From the human T2T-CHM13v2.0 reference genome, Homo sapiens, in assembly GCF_009914755.1 (NCBI RefSeq), contig NC_060942.1: DNA of 64,000 nt; one strand, given 5' to 3'. The notes beneath the pieces are model-generated. The model was given only the letters and a program-made list of their open reading frames with translations, searched no databases and was not told the DNA's origin. A program made the translations under genes and the position numbers. Positions 31,494-46,289 of the stretch are shown here, piece after piece. Every line of letters starts with the position of its first letter. Position 1 is the first letter of the stretch.

Positions 31494-31979
31494 CTTATCA
31501 GTCAGGGTCCCAGTAGAAAAGGAATGAAGGATACAATTTAGAATAATTCCAGGAGGATCTAATTACCAAGATGTGGGTTGGTATAGAGGAAGTGTAAGTA
31601 GGGGAGGAACCTGGGATTAGCTGTCAAGCAGCTGTGATTATCAGCCCTATGCCTGAAGGGCAACAAGAGGAAGAAGTTACCAGGATCCACAAGGACAGTG
31701 TCACAGTAAACAGGCCACCCTCAGAAAAGCAGTGATCTTCTGTTGAAGAACATATCTGTCCTAAGAAGACATTACAGGAAAAAAGGCAGGTAATAAATAC
31801 CCACCCTTCAGCTCCTGTCTCCCTTTTTCCCTTGTCTTCCTGAGGCTTATATTGACATGAAAGCCAGATGGTGTGGGAGTCCCTTAATGTAGTCCATTAG
31901 AGGTCAGTCCATTACAGATGTAAGAAAGATGGAGAAGCTAGAGAAAAGTTCTGGGGGCAAAAGTAAAATGTCCTGCGTA
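31494..31979 (-). mobile_element. Old ERVL LTR, LTR33/LTR41 group
   Basis: 'tcagtcagggtcccag', 'gcctgaagggcaa', 'aataaatacccc', 'gtagtccattagaggtcag' and 'ctgggggcaaa' occur in the order expected for the reverse complement of this LTR group. Confidence 0.6.
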
Positions 31980-32029
31980 AGCTGTAACACTGTATTACTA
32001 TAGCAAGGGTCCAACACAACTTGTTTCCG

Positions 32030-32200
32030 TATCTGCTCTGGCACTTAGCAGACGAGTTACCTTAGGCAAGTTAATTGGGCTCACTAAGCCCGGATTTTCC
32101 ACTCCGTAGTATGAAGATTCAGATTTCTCCCCTAAAGGGATTAAATGAAAGAATGTAGATATATCACCAAGGCTAGTGCCTGGAACAAAGGAAGAACTTA
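32030..32200 (+). mobile_element. MIR SINE (approximate)
   Basis: 'gttaccttaggcaagttaatt..ctcactaagcc', 'gattaaatgaaagaatgta', 'agtgcctggaaca'. Confidence 0.65.
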
Positions 32201-33175
32201 GAGAGGATTTTTTTCCCCATTCCCTTTCCAAGCGGCAACCGGTTTTCCATAACCATTCTTATTCTCATCCTGATTTCTCCTTTGATTAATATCAGATATA
32301 CACAGAGAGGATGTCTTACTTCTTGAGAAAATGTGAAGGTATTTGTTCAGGAACTTAACCCACAACTTTATCTTCTTTAGAGCTATGCTAAACCAAATGA
32401 ATAAACCAACAGTCGCAGGGTAGTTTTCTGATGATAAATTTTAAAGTACTGCATCCAATCAGATATAAGTTAATAAATTTTCATTTTTTAAAAATACTTA
32501 TTTCCTGAAGTAATTGATAAGGCATGTTTCTCAAATATGTCTGCTTAGTGACTAACTGAGGCTCATGGGTCATTGAAGTGACAGTCCCTTTGTTTCAGGG
32601 ATAGATTCCCATGGAGAAAGTCAACTCTGTTCTGCTAGTGACACATCTCCATTCATCTGGACCTTCTGTAACCATATCTTGGCTCTTTCAATTAGTATTC
32701 GCGAAGTGAGGCCAGATCATAACACCATAAGAAGGCATTCTAAAAAGACAACTTTTAACTGAGTTATTAAAAATGATACAGCATGAAAAGAATAGCTCGA
32801 AAGGCAAAAACTGAGAAAAAGGTAGATTTCCCTCAGCCTCAACTTATGAAATATTTACCAACAATTCTTTCTTATTATGTACCCTGAAAATTGCTATCTT
32901 TACAAGGAGAATTAGTTTATTTACTTCAGTTCATTAATAGTATCTCACATTTCTTAAGCATGTTAGCATTTATGTGTGTGTGTGTGTGTGTATTACCCTG
33001 ATAATCTTCAGGATAAAAAAAGCAGGTAGACATATATTCATTCTTCTTCACAGATGAGGAAACGGGCTTGCAGAGATTACAGAACTACTTGGTAACAAAA
33101 CCAGAAACCAGTCAATAAGCATAAAATATGTAACATCATTTTAATATTCACCCAAATGTTGATTTAAAAGATTCA

Positions 33176-33510
33176 AGCTGGGCATGGTGTCTCCTACCTG
33201 TAATGCCAGCATTTTGGGAGGCTGAGGTAGGAGGATCACTTGAGCCCAAGAGTTTCAGAACAGCCTGGGCAACATATTGAGACACCCATCTCCACAAAAA
33301 ATTTTAAAAATTAGCTGGGCATGGTGGTGCACACCTGCAGTCCCAGCTACTACTCAGGAAGCTGAGGTGGAGAGATCACTTGAGCCCAGGAGGTCTAGGC
33401 TGCCGTGAGCCATGTTCATGATACTGCACTCCAGCCTGAGTGGCAGAAAAAGACCCTGTCTCAAAAAACCAAACCAAACCAAACCAAACCAAACCAAACC
33501 AAACCAAACC
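33176..33510 (+). mobile_element. AluJ with (AAACC)9 tail microsatellite
   Basis: AluJ diagnostics 'ggaggatcacttgagccca' in both arms and 'agaccctgtctc'; tail 33466-33510 is (AAACC)9. Confidence 0.93.
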
Positions 33511-35114
33511 ACATTTCTATGATCCAGACACTGTGCTAGGCCCAGAGATTAAACAATATAATGACTAAATTATCATCTCTTCCCTCAAGACACGTTTCTA
33601 GTCCTTTGCTAAATACTGTGTAATAGCTAAAAGTGATCATGTTTTAACCTAAACAATGACCAAATTCTCCTTACTAATTTGGAGACTTTTACTAATTCAG
33701 GACTCTTACTAATTCAGTATTTATGTGTGATTGGTGTATCCAATAATCCACATGTTTCTGGAGATGTTTTTCTTAGTTGGTAGAACAGGTGGATATAGAA
33801 CTGGTCTCCAGGTTGAGGTAACACAATTGATCTCACTCTTTTTATCAACCACAAATTGAGAAATTATAAGTCCCAGAAAAAATCAATCACAACTACTTGC
33901 AGATTTAATTCTGCAACATATAGATATTGATTTCTTTTTCCACCCCTTTCCATTCTTCTATCTTTCCTTTCTTCCATATTTCCTTATGAAAACATGTATA
34001 GAGCAGTGCCTATTCTGTTGTAGGTTGAAAAGCAAACCTAATTTGAAAATCAAAATTTCCATTGATGAGAAATTTCCAGTTTAAAGGGAAAACATGCAAT
34101 CAAATCAACAGCCATAAAATGTAATTGTTCTGAGGTGTTCAAGTGTAGGATTCCATGGTAGCATAAAGAGAGAAGGGAGTTCTTGCAAATAGAGCAAAAA
34201 AGACAAAGAGGTCTCTAGTGGTTAGGAATGACTGATGCCTGTTAACGAAGGGTAGAAAGATCCAGAGTGAAAGGTTGATATGAGCAAAATGCTGAACAGC
34301 TTTATGTGCTGTGCTGGGAAAAACTACCACCAACAGCAATCTTGATTCACAAGAAGAAATGATAGAACTTTACGTTCACTTAGTCAATCTCTCTCTGTCT
34401 CTTCATCTCTCATTTTGAAGGATACCTTTATTCTACCTATGGGAGGGTTTCTGACTAAAATTTAAAATTTCAGGGGCCTGTGTCATACTAATATTACATT
34501 AACATATAATAAAGACTTAGTAATGAAGACGTTGAATCATGAGGTACTCAGAGAAACACATGATGAAGTAGGGCTGCACCTTTGAAGGATGGCTTGGATT
34601 TATTTTATATATACACAAGAGTCATATGCAAAATTGAAACATCTACTGTGGCATGGGTACTTTTATCAGAACAGATGTGTGTCCAATCAAAACAGTTGCT
34701 GAAAGTAAGTACATGCTGAAAATCAATGCTGGCTGTGCAGGAAGGAAAAATGCCTCTGAGGACTTGAGATCACTTTTCAAATCCTCCTACCAGAATATTT
34801 CTGAGTGTTTTGAGGAAACAAGAGAAAAATAAACATAAAAAAATCAAACCCTTACTACTGGTATTCATGTCCTTATCAATCATCCAACTAATTGATTATA
34901 CAGCCTTCACTACATGAATTTCCTTCCCAAAGCACCAATTTTCAAATGTGACTCAGTAAACTCCTATGAAAGTCCTAACTCATTAGTCCAGGATGAAAAG
35001 TATTCCATGATCATGTCCAGTTAGATTATTTGAACATATTCCTCATATGCTTCCATTAGTTGAGCTATCTGGTCAGACTAAACATGGCCCTACCATCAGT
35101 ATTCCCTCAAGAAA

Positions 35115-35348
35115 ATTTGGTTTAGCAGAAAGAGCATGAGCTTCGGTTTGGCATAGCTCAGTGTGAATCTTGTTTCTAACTCTGTGACCTTTGGCTACTT
35201 CATTAACTTCACTGAATCAGTTTTTTCATTTGGAAAATAAGATGAATAATATCTACCTTGCAGGGCTGTTGTATTAGGGATCATTTTATAAAATGCCAAG
35301 TGATGTGCTTTGTACATAATAGCTTCTCAATAAATGGTGGCTGTTATT
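35115..35348 (+). mobile_element. MIR SINE
   Basis: 'tgtgacctttggctacttcattaacttcactgaatcagttttttcatttggaaaat' through 'ctcaataaatggtggctgttatt'. Confidence 0.75.
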
Positions 35349-36639
35349 GTAATTTCTTTCTCTTAGTTTCTATTTGGCAGCTCTTGAGCATTTTTGTCCT
35401 CCCCAAGATGCTGTCCCAGTTCCTATACTATCTTCAGTTGATGTCAATTAATTTATTTTAAATTATTAACTGGTAGGGAGTCAAGGGCCCTGGCTCTGAC
35501 TCTGCCATTGGCACACGTAATAACCTTGAACAACTCACCTGCATTTTCTGGGCTTTAATTTGCATTGCCATAAAGTGAGGCATTTGATTACAATGATTTC
35601 TGATGTTGCTTCCTGCCCTATGATTATAGATTCCATGGTATTAATTGGTCGAGAAAGCTTCCCTAGCCCATGATTTGTGAGTTCCTTGGATTCTAGAAAA
35701 ATTTCTTATACTTCATTTCATCCTAAAAGCCCCCTAAATGTCTAATCTTGATTAATTGATTACTTTTGATGACAATAAGCAATCAATGACTCAGCCCATT
35801 GGCTTTTCTGGAGGTCATGTTGATAACAAACGAGTAATGAAAATGGCCACGTATATATGATCTTAAGATTTCTGTTTGATTTTTTTTCTATGCTACTCCA
35901 AAAATACTGTCGAATCCTTGGTGAGCATACGCATACACAACCAAGGAAATAAACGAAAGAATATGTGTGCTTTATTGATGAAATTTCCAGGTCTTTTCCT
36001 TTGACCTCAATTTGCCATAGATAGAAATGAAAAGCTCCAGACTATTGCCAAATATATGGGTCATAGTGCTTGGTTACACAGTTAGGATTTAATAATGGGA
36101 CCATTTTGGCAAGAAACCCACATGTGTAGCTATTTAACTGGCAGCAAGTATAGAATATGCATGAAAGAAAAACAATTGTGTCTATCAAATGTGTTCGGGG
36201 AAAAAAGGAGAGGTATTTCTAATGTGAAGACGGTTGATGGGCTACAAAAACCAAAATGAAGGCAATTGGTCTTGATAAAGCTGCTCCTTGTATCACTTTT
36301 TTTTTCTTTTTGGCCATTTTTAAATGGGACACTCTTAGATACCTTGACTCCAGGCCAATGCCAATTGCCCAGAGCCTATGCAGACTGGATCAGTTTTTTT
36401 TCCATGGAACTTAATGATCAATAACCCCTAGTCAACATTATCTTTGTATATATACTCATCAATAACTACATACTTTTCTACCTTCTTTAAATACACTAAT
36501 TGTTTCTAGCAAACTTTTGCCTTTAAAGAATAGGGACGAGAAGCTCATTTATAGTTAATGTATTACATGCAAGAGATGTTTTGAAAGGTTTACTTCTATT
36601 ACCATCAACTTCATCATCTTGATAATCCAAATACATAAT

Positions 36640-36970
36640 ACTATTAATTCATTCAAAATTTTTATTGATTTTTTTTTAATGCCCTGGAAAAATAGCTAAA
36701 CTCTGGTGGTACAGTAGGGAATGAAACCAGTAAAGTCCCTATTCTTATGGAGATTTTAGTCTAGTAGGTTGAACAGAAAATAAAGAAGCACATGAATGAT
36801 AACAAAAGAGGTATTTTGAAGGAAATAACTGAGATGTTTAAGAGTAGACTAACAGGATGGGCAATATTTTAGACAGATATCCCAGGGAGGACTCATTGAT
36901 AAGGCACCATTTAAATTCAGATCTTACATCTGAAAAGTGGCTGTCTTGTAGCATTTTGACAAAGAGCATT
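36640..36970 (-). mobile_element. L2 fragment (approximate)
   Basis: 'attcattcaaaatttttattga' tail in antisense and 'aaagtccctattcttatggagattttagtctagt'. Confidence 0.6.
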
Positions 36971-38983
36971 ATTGAATCCTTTGGGTGGGGCCTTGTGCCA
37001 ATAGTAAGGAATACCAGAAGGTGTTAGTGCTAGATTCCTGCTCTCAGAAATCACCATATAAGTGGAAAGGTAGCCGGCACAGACCAATAATTATCAGTCC
37101 AGTGAATATGGTTTTATGTCTCATCAAAATGTATTATATGTGAGAAGTGAGCAGAGAAACTTGCACGCACTGTAATTGCAAAGCAGTGAATGAGCTGAGA
37201 GAAAGTCTCAATCTCAGTCAGTAGAGGAATCAACTTTCAGAGGATGAGTTTTTATTAGAGCTTTGATTATGATCTGAAGTAGGATCTTCACCTATAGCAT
37301 CTCTCCTCCATTTCAATTTTCGAACCAGGAGAGCAGTGTGGGGTTTTTTTGTTCTTATTTTTAATGTTTTGTCTACAAATTCACAATTTCCAATGGAGTG
37401 CTTTATTCACAGTGGGCATCCAGCAAATGTTCTTATTTGCTTAGGTGAAGAGTTTAACACAAAGATGTAGAGTCCATCTACACATGTTAATTGCAATTAA
37501 TAAAATAAGCTGTGTGAAGGACCAAATATTAAGGAGATGACTTCAACCCAGGCCAGGATTGCAAAGAGGCTGAAACTATTTCATAGAGACTTACCTTGGA
37601 ATGGCTGCAGAAGCAAATAACCACAGATAGGTCCATGGATCAGTGCAACTCATGCACATTACTTCATTGAAACATTACATATATGAAAAATAACATTCAA
37701 GACACTTCATTTAGTGTGGTCGTGGGATGAGAGAGCTCAAGGCTTCTGGCTTTCAGTACTGAAACCAAATATAAGTTGTATGAAAAATGTATCTTCTGCT
37801 GTGTGGAAAGAGACATACTAGCTCTGCTAACCCTTTTTTTTTTTAAAGTCAAGATGAAAAACGAGAGGGACATTATTTCCCAGTACTGACCTACAACCCT
37901 GCAGAAAGTCTCTTGACTCTTTGAGAAGTATTCTTTGGCCAGGTGTGTGCCTCAAAGTCCCTGAGCTCACAGGTTGTCATGACTTGAAGTGGATACAGAG
38001 AACAATTGTTTGACTATAAAACATTTCTGGGTTTGAGGATTCTTTCAAATGCAGTTAGAATGTAGTCACATTGGTACTGGTAGTAATTCTGCACAGTGGC
38101 CCACATGATTCAGAACCACACAAGGGTGGTGGATAGGGGGTCAAGCCTCACTTCCCCATGTTGGCACTGAATGGCTACACTGTCCTCTGACACCAATGAA
38201 TGCCATCAAGCTGCCTGTGAGAGCCTCTTTGTTTCTCATATATCTGTTTCTGTTTGTTTCATTTCATGTCCGATTACGATAAACGGCAGATTCCATTTAT
38301 TAGATGCAAAACCTATTTCTTTCCATCTTAAGGGGCACTCCTTGATTGCTGTACATGGAATTTGTTGAACAACACTGCACAGTGCTTTGCAATTTTGTAG
38401 ACACTTGTATATTGATTTGAGGAATATCAGGATAATATTTCTGGCCAATCATCTCCTCCACCCTATAGCACCAGAGACTGTTGTGTCACCCATTGTTTAT
38501 TTCTATTAAGGTATCTCCATCTCTACCGATTTTTTATTTAGAGATATACATCTCATTGAGATCTATAATTCTAGGTCACTGATAGCTAGGCATCTCTTTA
38601 CAGGTTATTCATTAATCAGATCTTCTCATATTGTAAAATCTAGCTGCAAGTCAGAACTGAAGGGATGGAAAATTGGATCTGGGGTGAAAGTGAAGTTGTT
38701 TGTTCATCTGCAGCCATAAGAAAGCATGCCTGGCCTGAGTAGGATACTGAAAAAAAGGAAAACAGCTGGGACTTTGGAGTTTAGATGAGGCACAAGGGGA
38801 TGATAAGAGAACACAAACACTAATGTCAAGTATGTATAAGTTTGACTGTACCATGCCATCAGTCTAGGATCTCACTTCCCCTCCCTCACCTCCCAATAAA
38901 CCAGAGTAAATTTGAGTCTGTTTTTACTCTTTCTAAAACCTTGGGGTTTCTGGACCTTTCTTCATCTGCCTTCAGTTTGTTTG

Positions 38984-39400
38984 TGTTCTGTGATGGTCAG
39001 GTCAGTAAAAACCTACCCCCAAAGTCCAAGGAAGCTGACAGACTGAAGACAGAGGCTGATATGTCTCAGAAAGAAATATTTAATACAGACTTACTAACAG
39101 AAGCCATGTCTGTGTCTCAGGAGATGGTGAGACAAAAGGGTGGAACCATCTACCATTATTCCCCAGATCCAGGACTTATACACCATAGGGGAAGGGTGAT
39201 TCAGAAGGGATGTGTAGGACAATTGAATTATGAGAATATCAAGGTTATTTGGCCTAAGGGTAGGATTTATGGTAAGTACCTGGTTTTACACAAGGAACAA
39301 CAGATAAACTGGAAATCTTAGAGGACTTTTCGGAACAGGGGTTAATGAGAAGCCAACACGGCAGATTGGCATCCAAGATGGAGTTGCTTTGGCCTCCCCA
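38984..39400 (-). mobile_element. ERV1 LTR, MER93-like
   Basis: Reverse complement begins TGGGGAGGCCAAAGCAACTCCATCTTGGATGCCAATCTGCC, the recalled MER93 start; about 415 bp. Confidence 0.75.
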
Positions 39401-39498
39401 GCATATATTCCCTTTCCCACTCCTGTGTCTGGGAAGTGCTCAATCAATATAAAAGATATTTCAAGATAAATGTTAGATCATTCAAAACACAAAGACTC

Positions 39499-39791
39499 GG
39501 CTGGGCGTGGTGGCTCACGCCTGTAGTCCCAGCACTTCGGGAGACCAAGGCGGGCAGATCACCTGAGGTCAGCTGTTCGAGACCAGCCTGGCCAACATGG
39601 TGAAACCCCGTCTCTGCTGAAAATACAAATATTAGCCAGGCGTGGTAGCGGGCCCCTGTAATCCCAGCTACTCAGGAGGCTAAGGCAGGAGGATCGCTTG
39701 AATCTAGGAGGCGGAGGTTGCAGTGAGCTGAGATCGTGCCATTGCACTCTAGCTGGGCCACAAGAACGACACTACGTCTCAAAAAAAAAAA
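39499..39791 (+). mobile_element. AluS (Sq/Sx-like)
   Basis: Full Alu; TSD AAAACACAAAG(A/T)CTC at 39484-39498 / 39792-39806. Confidence 0.96.
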
Positions 39792-42089
39792 AAAACACAA
39801 AGTCTCTGAGAAGATCATACTCTTCTTGATGAAAATCTTGCCTCAGAATAAACCATCTATGCAGGCAAAAATAAAATTTGTCAATTTATGCAATCTCTAT
39901 TCAAGTGCTCACATAGACCTAACAAGCATTTACACCTGAAATGGGCACTCAAGAAGAATTGTGAATTTTGTTCCCCTTGCATACTCTCCTACCTTAATTT
40001 TGAAATGATAGGTTAATCCTGCAATCCCTTGTCATGGAAGGGGCCACATGGAAACTTTTTGTGCATGCTTCTGCATTTTTTCAGAAATGGGAAGTTTTCT
40101 TAACCACCTAAGAAAGAAGCATGAGGCAGACACAGCCACATGCCAGCAAGAACCCAGGAACACCATTTCAAGCTGCTGGAATTCACAGACTTCCAATCTG
40201 CAAAGGAAAGCAGTTAGTCCATCCAGCTGCGCTTACAACAATGTTAACGAAATTCCCTTTATACGATGGTTTTGCTGAGGTCAGGTGATTACTTCACTAG
40301 GCCCCTGCTTGCAAAATTGCAGAGGTCAGGAAAATGTGGGGTGGCTGGAAGCTCATCAGCTGGATAGCTAGAAAAACTAGTTCGGAAAGCTGTCAGTTGA
40401 GAGTTGTTTCCAACATATCAGCGGTATGATGTCCAGATAGCAGATTGCATAACAACTAGTGCAGCAAATAGATTGATTTCCCTCCCCTAGAGGAAAATGT
40501 TTCACCCAAGGATATGACCCATTTCTTTAGCAGACTTTCTCCATGAGGGTCCTGCTGGACTTAGCACACTTCAGTGCCCAACAGAAAGCAGTATCCAAAA
40601 GTTCCAGCAGCCTAATTTTTAACTGGAAATCAAAGACCAGCCCCAAAATATAAGAAAGCATTTCCCAACATATACTCCTTTAACGAAATCAGTTATCTAT
40701 TACAGCATCCTTCAGAATATATACAAAACCTAATGCCTTAAAATAAAACATCTGTTAAATATCTTTGCAATGTGCGTTTAGCTTGAAAATCTACTTTTTT
40801 GCCTCTTCGTTTCCTAATTTCACCTTATTTTGCCTTTTCCAGGTGAAAACTTAATTATATTAAACCTCAAATCATGACATCCTTAATTCTTTTTAAAGTT
40901 ATTTTCTATTGTTTAGTTCTTTATGTGAGTTATGGTGCAGCAGACTTGACAGAATTCTAATAAATTAATTAATCAAATTAATCAAACTGCCAGATGCTTA
41001 AATATAAAATACTATAAATTAGATATTGTTTTTGACAATCACCAAAATTGAGTGTAGTAATCAAATGGCAATTGTACAAGTTATTTTTCTTTCCCACTTT
41101 GTTTTACTGTTTTTGATATTTTAGTATGTAACTTTAGATTTAGTTGGGCCAGGAACAAATTATTGGATTCAATAATGGAAATAGTCACTTTCAGCCAAGA
41201 AGACTATATGATGGCAAAATGCCAGCTGTAAGTCTCTTGGTTGAGTTGATGAAATCTGAGTCAGTAATGTTCTTCAATGACACACAGAATAATGTGTTTT
41301 GGTGCTTTAAGTAATTTCAAGACTTCTAGTTCTGCACACTGCTTTCAGGGAGTTAAAATAATATTTCCATTTTATCGCACCTGAGGTTCAAAAAGGTAAA
41401 ATAAGCTTCTTAAGATCATAAAGTGATGTTGGAAAGATCCAGAATTCAGGCTTATGCCTCACAACAGTGTCCTTTTGCTATTCAAATGTGACAAATAGGT
41501 ATTTTATATGTCATTTTCTTTGGCCATGTGCATGGCAGACACTGTTAATCAATGATGATTTGCTTTCCTGCTAAGCATGGAAGCAGCCTCAGAAAATATT
41601 GCATCTCATCAAAATAGTCAAGGAATCCACTTGGCAGACGGAATAAAACCTACTTCCTGTCTCTAGGTTGGGCTATGCTCCCTTAAAGAACAGCATCAAG
41701 GGGTTCAGATTCAAGCCTTGTGGTAGAAATCAGCTTCTAAGTTAAGAAAGTCAGTTGATTGGCTGACCTATCTCCATTGTTACTCCATATGGATCACCAC
41801 ATGGTACATTTGCTTATGACTATTACTAAGACCCATAAAGGCAACTGTGATGGAGAAGTCAACTATAACCCTTATTATCTAATCATATTTTAAGGATGTG
41901 TCTGGAACAAGAGATTTAAATAGACATCTTTCAAGTTAAACTGTCTTTTATATGTATCCATGGTGCAAGTATTATTTTCTTGAGTGGATTAATTACTAAG
42001 GCATAATAGTTGCCAAAATATATTTTTTTAAAATTTTGCCTAAAATTAGCAGGTTTAAGCTGGAGATTATGAAAGACAATATTCTTCAA

Positions 42090-42320
42090 GTGTGTGCTCT
42101 ATGATTCAAGGGTAAATAGGTCTCACAGGAAAAGTTGAAGAAAGTGGTATTGTTTAGCTTGGCAAAGAGGAGACTAAAGGGTGCTCTGAGAATTGTGTTT
42201 GAAATATGATGATCTGTTAAAGAAAGACATCTTTAATAGAGCCTTTAAAGAAGGACAGCTGTTCTTCATCTCCAGTGAGGAAAGAATTGGAAATTGATTT
42301 AATAGAAAAATCAGATTTGG
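42090..42320 (+). mobile_element. CR1/L3 LINE fragment (approximate)
   Basis: 'tgtttagcttggcaaagaggagactaaagggtg' resembles the CR1 C-terminal LFSLEKRRLRGD motif; a similar relic lies near 49080-49260. Confidence 0.5.
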
Positions 42321-43564
42321 GTATAATCAGCCTTTCCTAATTAACCCCACTCCTTTTCTGAATATTACTTTCTCCTTTCTTCATTAGATCCTGGGTATTA
42401 GTATACAGCATAACATTCTATATGTATATTCATATTCCTAATATCATCCTTAGATATTTTAGTTTTAGTCTATCAAGAAACATATTGAGTACCTGCCCTG
42501 AGTTAAACTTAGTGCATAGGATTTACTTTTGAATCTTTAGTAAGCAACCCAATGGCATGAACAGTTTCCCTAAAAACCAGTTAATGCTTGCCTATGGTTT
42601 ATTTAGTATCCTGGAATTTTCTGAGTATAAAAAACAAACCTAAATTTACTCTAATTCTCCATGGTGAGCTAAGAATCACTGCAAGTATCTTTTCTTTCTT
42701 AACACCACCACTGTAGCCATCACACATATACCCCACAGAGAGCTCTTGCTCATTTTCCAAGTTCTATCACATTACCATATTTATCAGTCACGTATTATAT
42801 TGTTTTTCAAGGCAAAGTATTTTCACAGAAATAAGAGAAAACCTGGATATCATCTCACATACATCTTTTGTGGAAAATTAGTACATCCAAATAACATTAT
42901 TGAGTAAATATACAGTAAACCTATTGTATACAATATAATAACAAAATACAAAATACATAAAATCTAAACACAAAAACTCCTGATCCTTCCTCTTCAAAAT
43001 TACACATGTTAAAGAGGAATGAAGAAATGCTCAGATGTGAATCTCCCAATTTGAGGCAGAGGCTGAGTAGAACTTGAATGTTTTTCAAAAATAGAATTCA
43101 TCATTGGCAACAGGGAGAGTATCATTGATTGCATCATAGACAAGAGGAGAAAAATGAGGACTTCAAAAGTGGAGGTCTTACATTACCTCTCCCAAAGCCA
43201 AGTCAGGATATCAACAGGGAGTTTGGTAATCCCCACTCTTAGAAATTAAATCCTATGCCAGTAGCCTATCTCAACACAACTGGCAGGAAGAAAAGAAGAA
43301 TGGACATAATTATAAGACCTTTAGAATTTAGAAGAAGTGTGTCCTATGTGATTCTTATTTTTGTTTTCCTAAGTCTCTCTTCCTAAAAACCAATACAATT
43401 CCTAATATGAAAATGATGTATGAGCTTGAATTTACGTGCCACAAGAAAGCAAGACCTAAGAAAAATGTGCCCTCAGCTAACATCACACTTAGTGAGAAAG
43501 AAAACTAGAGAGGAAAAAGAAGGGAAGAGTATAGAAGGCTAGAAGGAAGGAAAGCTGTCTGATC

Positions 43565-43876
<312 letters not shown>

Positions 43877-44738
43877 ATTGTCTGAGTGCCTTGACATTTC
43901 ATGAATCCAGGGAGTCCAAGTCTGAGAAGCATGGTTCTGTGTGAGGAGTGGAAAGCCCCATATGGAACTGGCAGAGATTTATAGGAAAATATAGGAGGCT
44001 GTATCACTGGAGGTGAGTTATAATTTATGTGTAACCAAAATACTATGCAAAAATAAGGACTGGGAGAATCTTGGAAGACTGCTTATAAGAAATGATTTTT
44101 GGCCAAAGGTAGAGAAAGAAGTTGGGCAAATGGATAAGGGAAGTAAAACATTCTAGAAAAATTATAGAGAATGTTTTAGCCATTCCAGAAGTATCAGTTT
44201 ATGCTTCATATAGTAGGAGATCAGGCTCAAATGTTAGCTTTTTGAAATTCCAGGTTTATAATTGCCCACTATCCCTGACTAAGTATCTGTAAATAGGTAA
44301 CAAAAAAAGAACTAATGCAAATAATAGTGGATCATTTACATAGGAGACAAACAAATTGAAGAGTAACACCTATTTGTGCTATTGCTTGAAACTAGTCTAA
44401 TGCTGATACCAGGAAGCATGGTAAATTTATGACTTTTTAAAGATGTCAGAGTTGGAAATTCATCAGTCCTATCATTGTGCCTACCCCATAGTTGGCCTGT
44501 GATGGTATAAGCAGAAATGCTTCATAAGAATAGGCCCACAATAAAACAACCAGTGGGAAGAGGTGGCAGATGCTGTCAAATAATTTAATCACCTTAAGAA
44601 CAAATCAATTATTTTCTTTTATTTTTCGGCTTTTCTCTTTATCATCTCAAAGCATTATAAGCTGATAGTTGGCTAACCCATTAAATATAAGTAATCGAGC
44701 ACTGGGAACTTTCTAATTTGATTCTTAGCCAGAAACTT

Positions 44739-44776
44739 CACACACACACACACTCACATACACACACACACACACA
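44739..44776. repeat. Imperfect (CA)n microsatellite
   Basis: Directly visible. Confidence 0.85.
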
Positions 44777-45730
44777 AGCATATGTATGCATTACAAGGTG
44801 ACAATGAAGAACTGAAATAACTTTTAATTTATTTCTGAAATTAGAACCATCTTCTCTCAAAACATTGTGGCAATTGTGGCCAACATATTCATTACTCTCC
44901 AGACATAAGTAGAGATTTTAGAAATTCTAAATCTTGTCCTAAGTATCGACTTTGGTCAAAGCATTTGGTTTAGACTCAATCTACATTTCCCCTGAGTTAA
45001 TGTGGATTAATCACATGAAATTTATTTTATCTATATAGGTTAACATTTGGCAGATTAACCTTTCTTCCTGTACTCAAACTCAAGGTCTTTTTTAAGTTGC
45101 TTTGTGTTTTGTTTTTTTTTTTAATTATGACTGATTTTAGGATACAAGTCAATAACTGAGCTCAAATGCATTCTGGGATCCCCTTCCAGCTCCCCCAGGG
45201 TCCTTAAGCAGGATCTTGTTAGCACCTGAAAAGTTTGGCACACACTAAAGCAATTAGCTTTCTTTCACACCTAAATTTACCTCCACCCCATGCAAACTTG
45301 CAGCTGTTCTCTTGCATTTGTTATTCAAATGATCTCTTTGGCAAACACTGAATCATGAGGCTGAGGCTACATAACCTTATTGGCCTCCTAGGGACCTGGT
45401 CCTATTTCTTTACAATATTTTCTTCACTACCTTTACTTGGGGATCTTTTTCCACATTTAGCATTGGGAACTTTGAATGCCTGCTATACTGCCTTTCAAGA
45501 TATCATTGTGAAAAAAAAATGTACCTTTTTGAACTGTTTACATGTAAGAGTTAGAATTTCCACCGGTTTTGAACTGGATTTTCACTGGTTTTTAACCAGT
45601 GATTAGCAAGTAGTTATTTTATCAAAGTACTTATTTATTTTATGGTAGATGTATTAAGTATTTACTGTGTACAAAATACAATATTATTTGACTATGAGTA
45701 TTAAAAAGTAATTGAAACCTAATTTCCACC

Positions 45731-46289
45731 TGTATGGGGTCAAAAAAGAAAAGCGTTCTCTTAGCCCTCTGAAGGTTAGCTGGAAATGGACTGATAAGAG
45801 TCAGATTAACAGGAGAAATATAATACAAATTGTATTTTAATGTGCAAGGTTGGGGGAATCACAGGAGAGTGATTATCCAAATAACCCAGTGAGGTCAGAT
45901 GGTCATATACCCCTCTTCATAGTGGCAGAGGAGATGGGGAATGTAGGCAATTATTTTGAGGGGTAGTAAAATGTTTATTAGGAAGAATAAGTGAACCTGG
46001 GGAACAGAAATTTGCTTACAAATGATTCCCTTTGGAATTTGATATTATCTTTTGAAAAAGTTTATCCAGGCGTAGTTGCATTCTTCAGTCTTCTACCAGT
46101 GATAAAGAATCCAATTCCAAAGAGGGTATAAGGAGGCAATCATGTTCTCTTTGGTGGGACCATCTTGAGGTAGATAAGGGAATAGCAGAGTAAAACTTTT
46201 AGCATCTGCTGACCTTCAAGGGCCTTTAATTTAAAATAATAACATTCTGGGGTGCCATATGTTGGGGTGAAATTTTCTGGGCTCCTTCA
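45731..46289 (-). mobile_element. ERV1 LTR, MER34/MER39 group
   Basis: TG...CA ends; reverse complement starts TGAAGGAGCCCAGAAAATTTCACCCCAACATATGGCAC, typical of MER34-group LTRs. Confidence 0.7.

Noticed and set aside
38842-39321. 159-aa ORF, the longest outside the L1
   Set aside because: Starts at a non-ATG codon, lies mostly antisense within a MER93-like LTR and has no recognisable domain.
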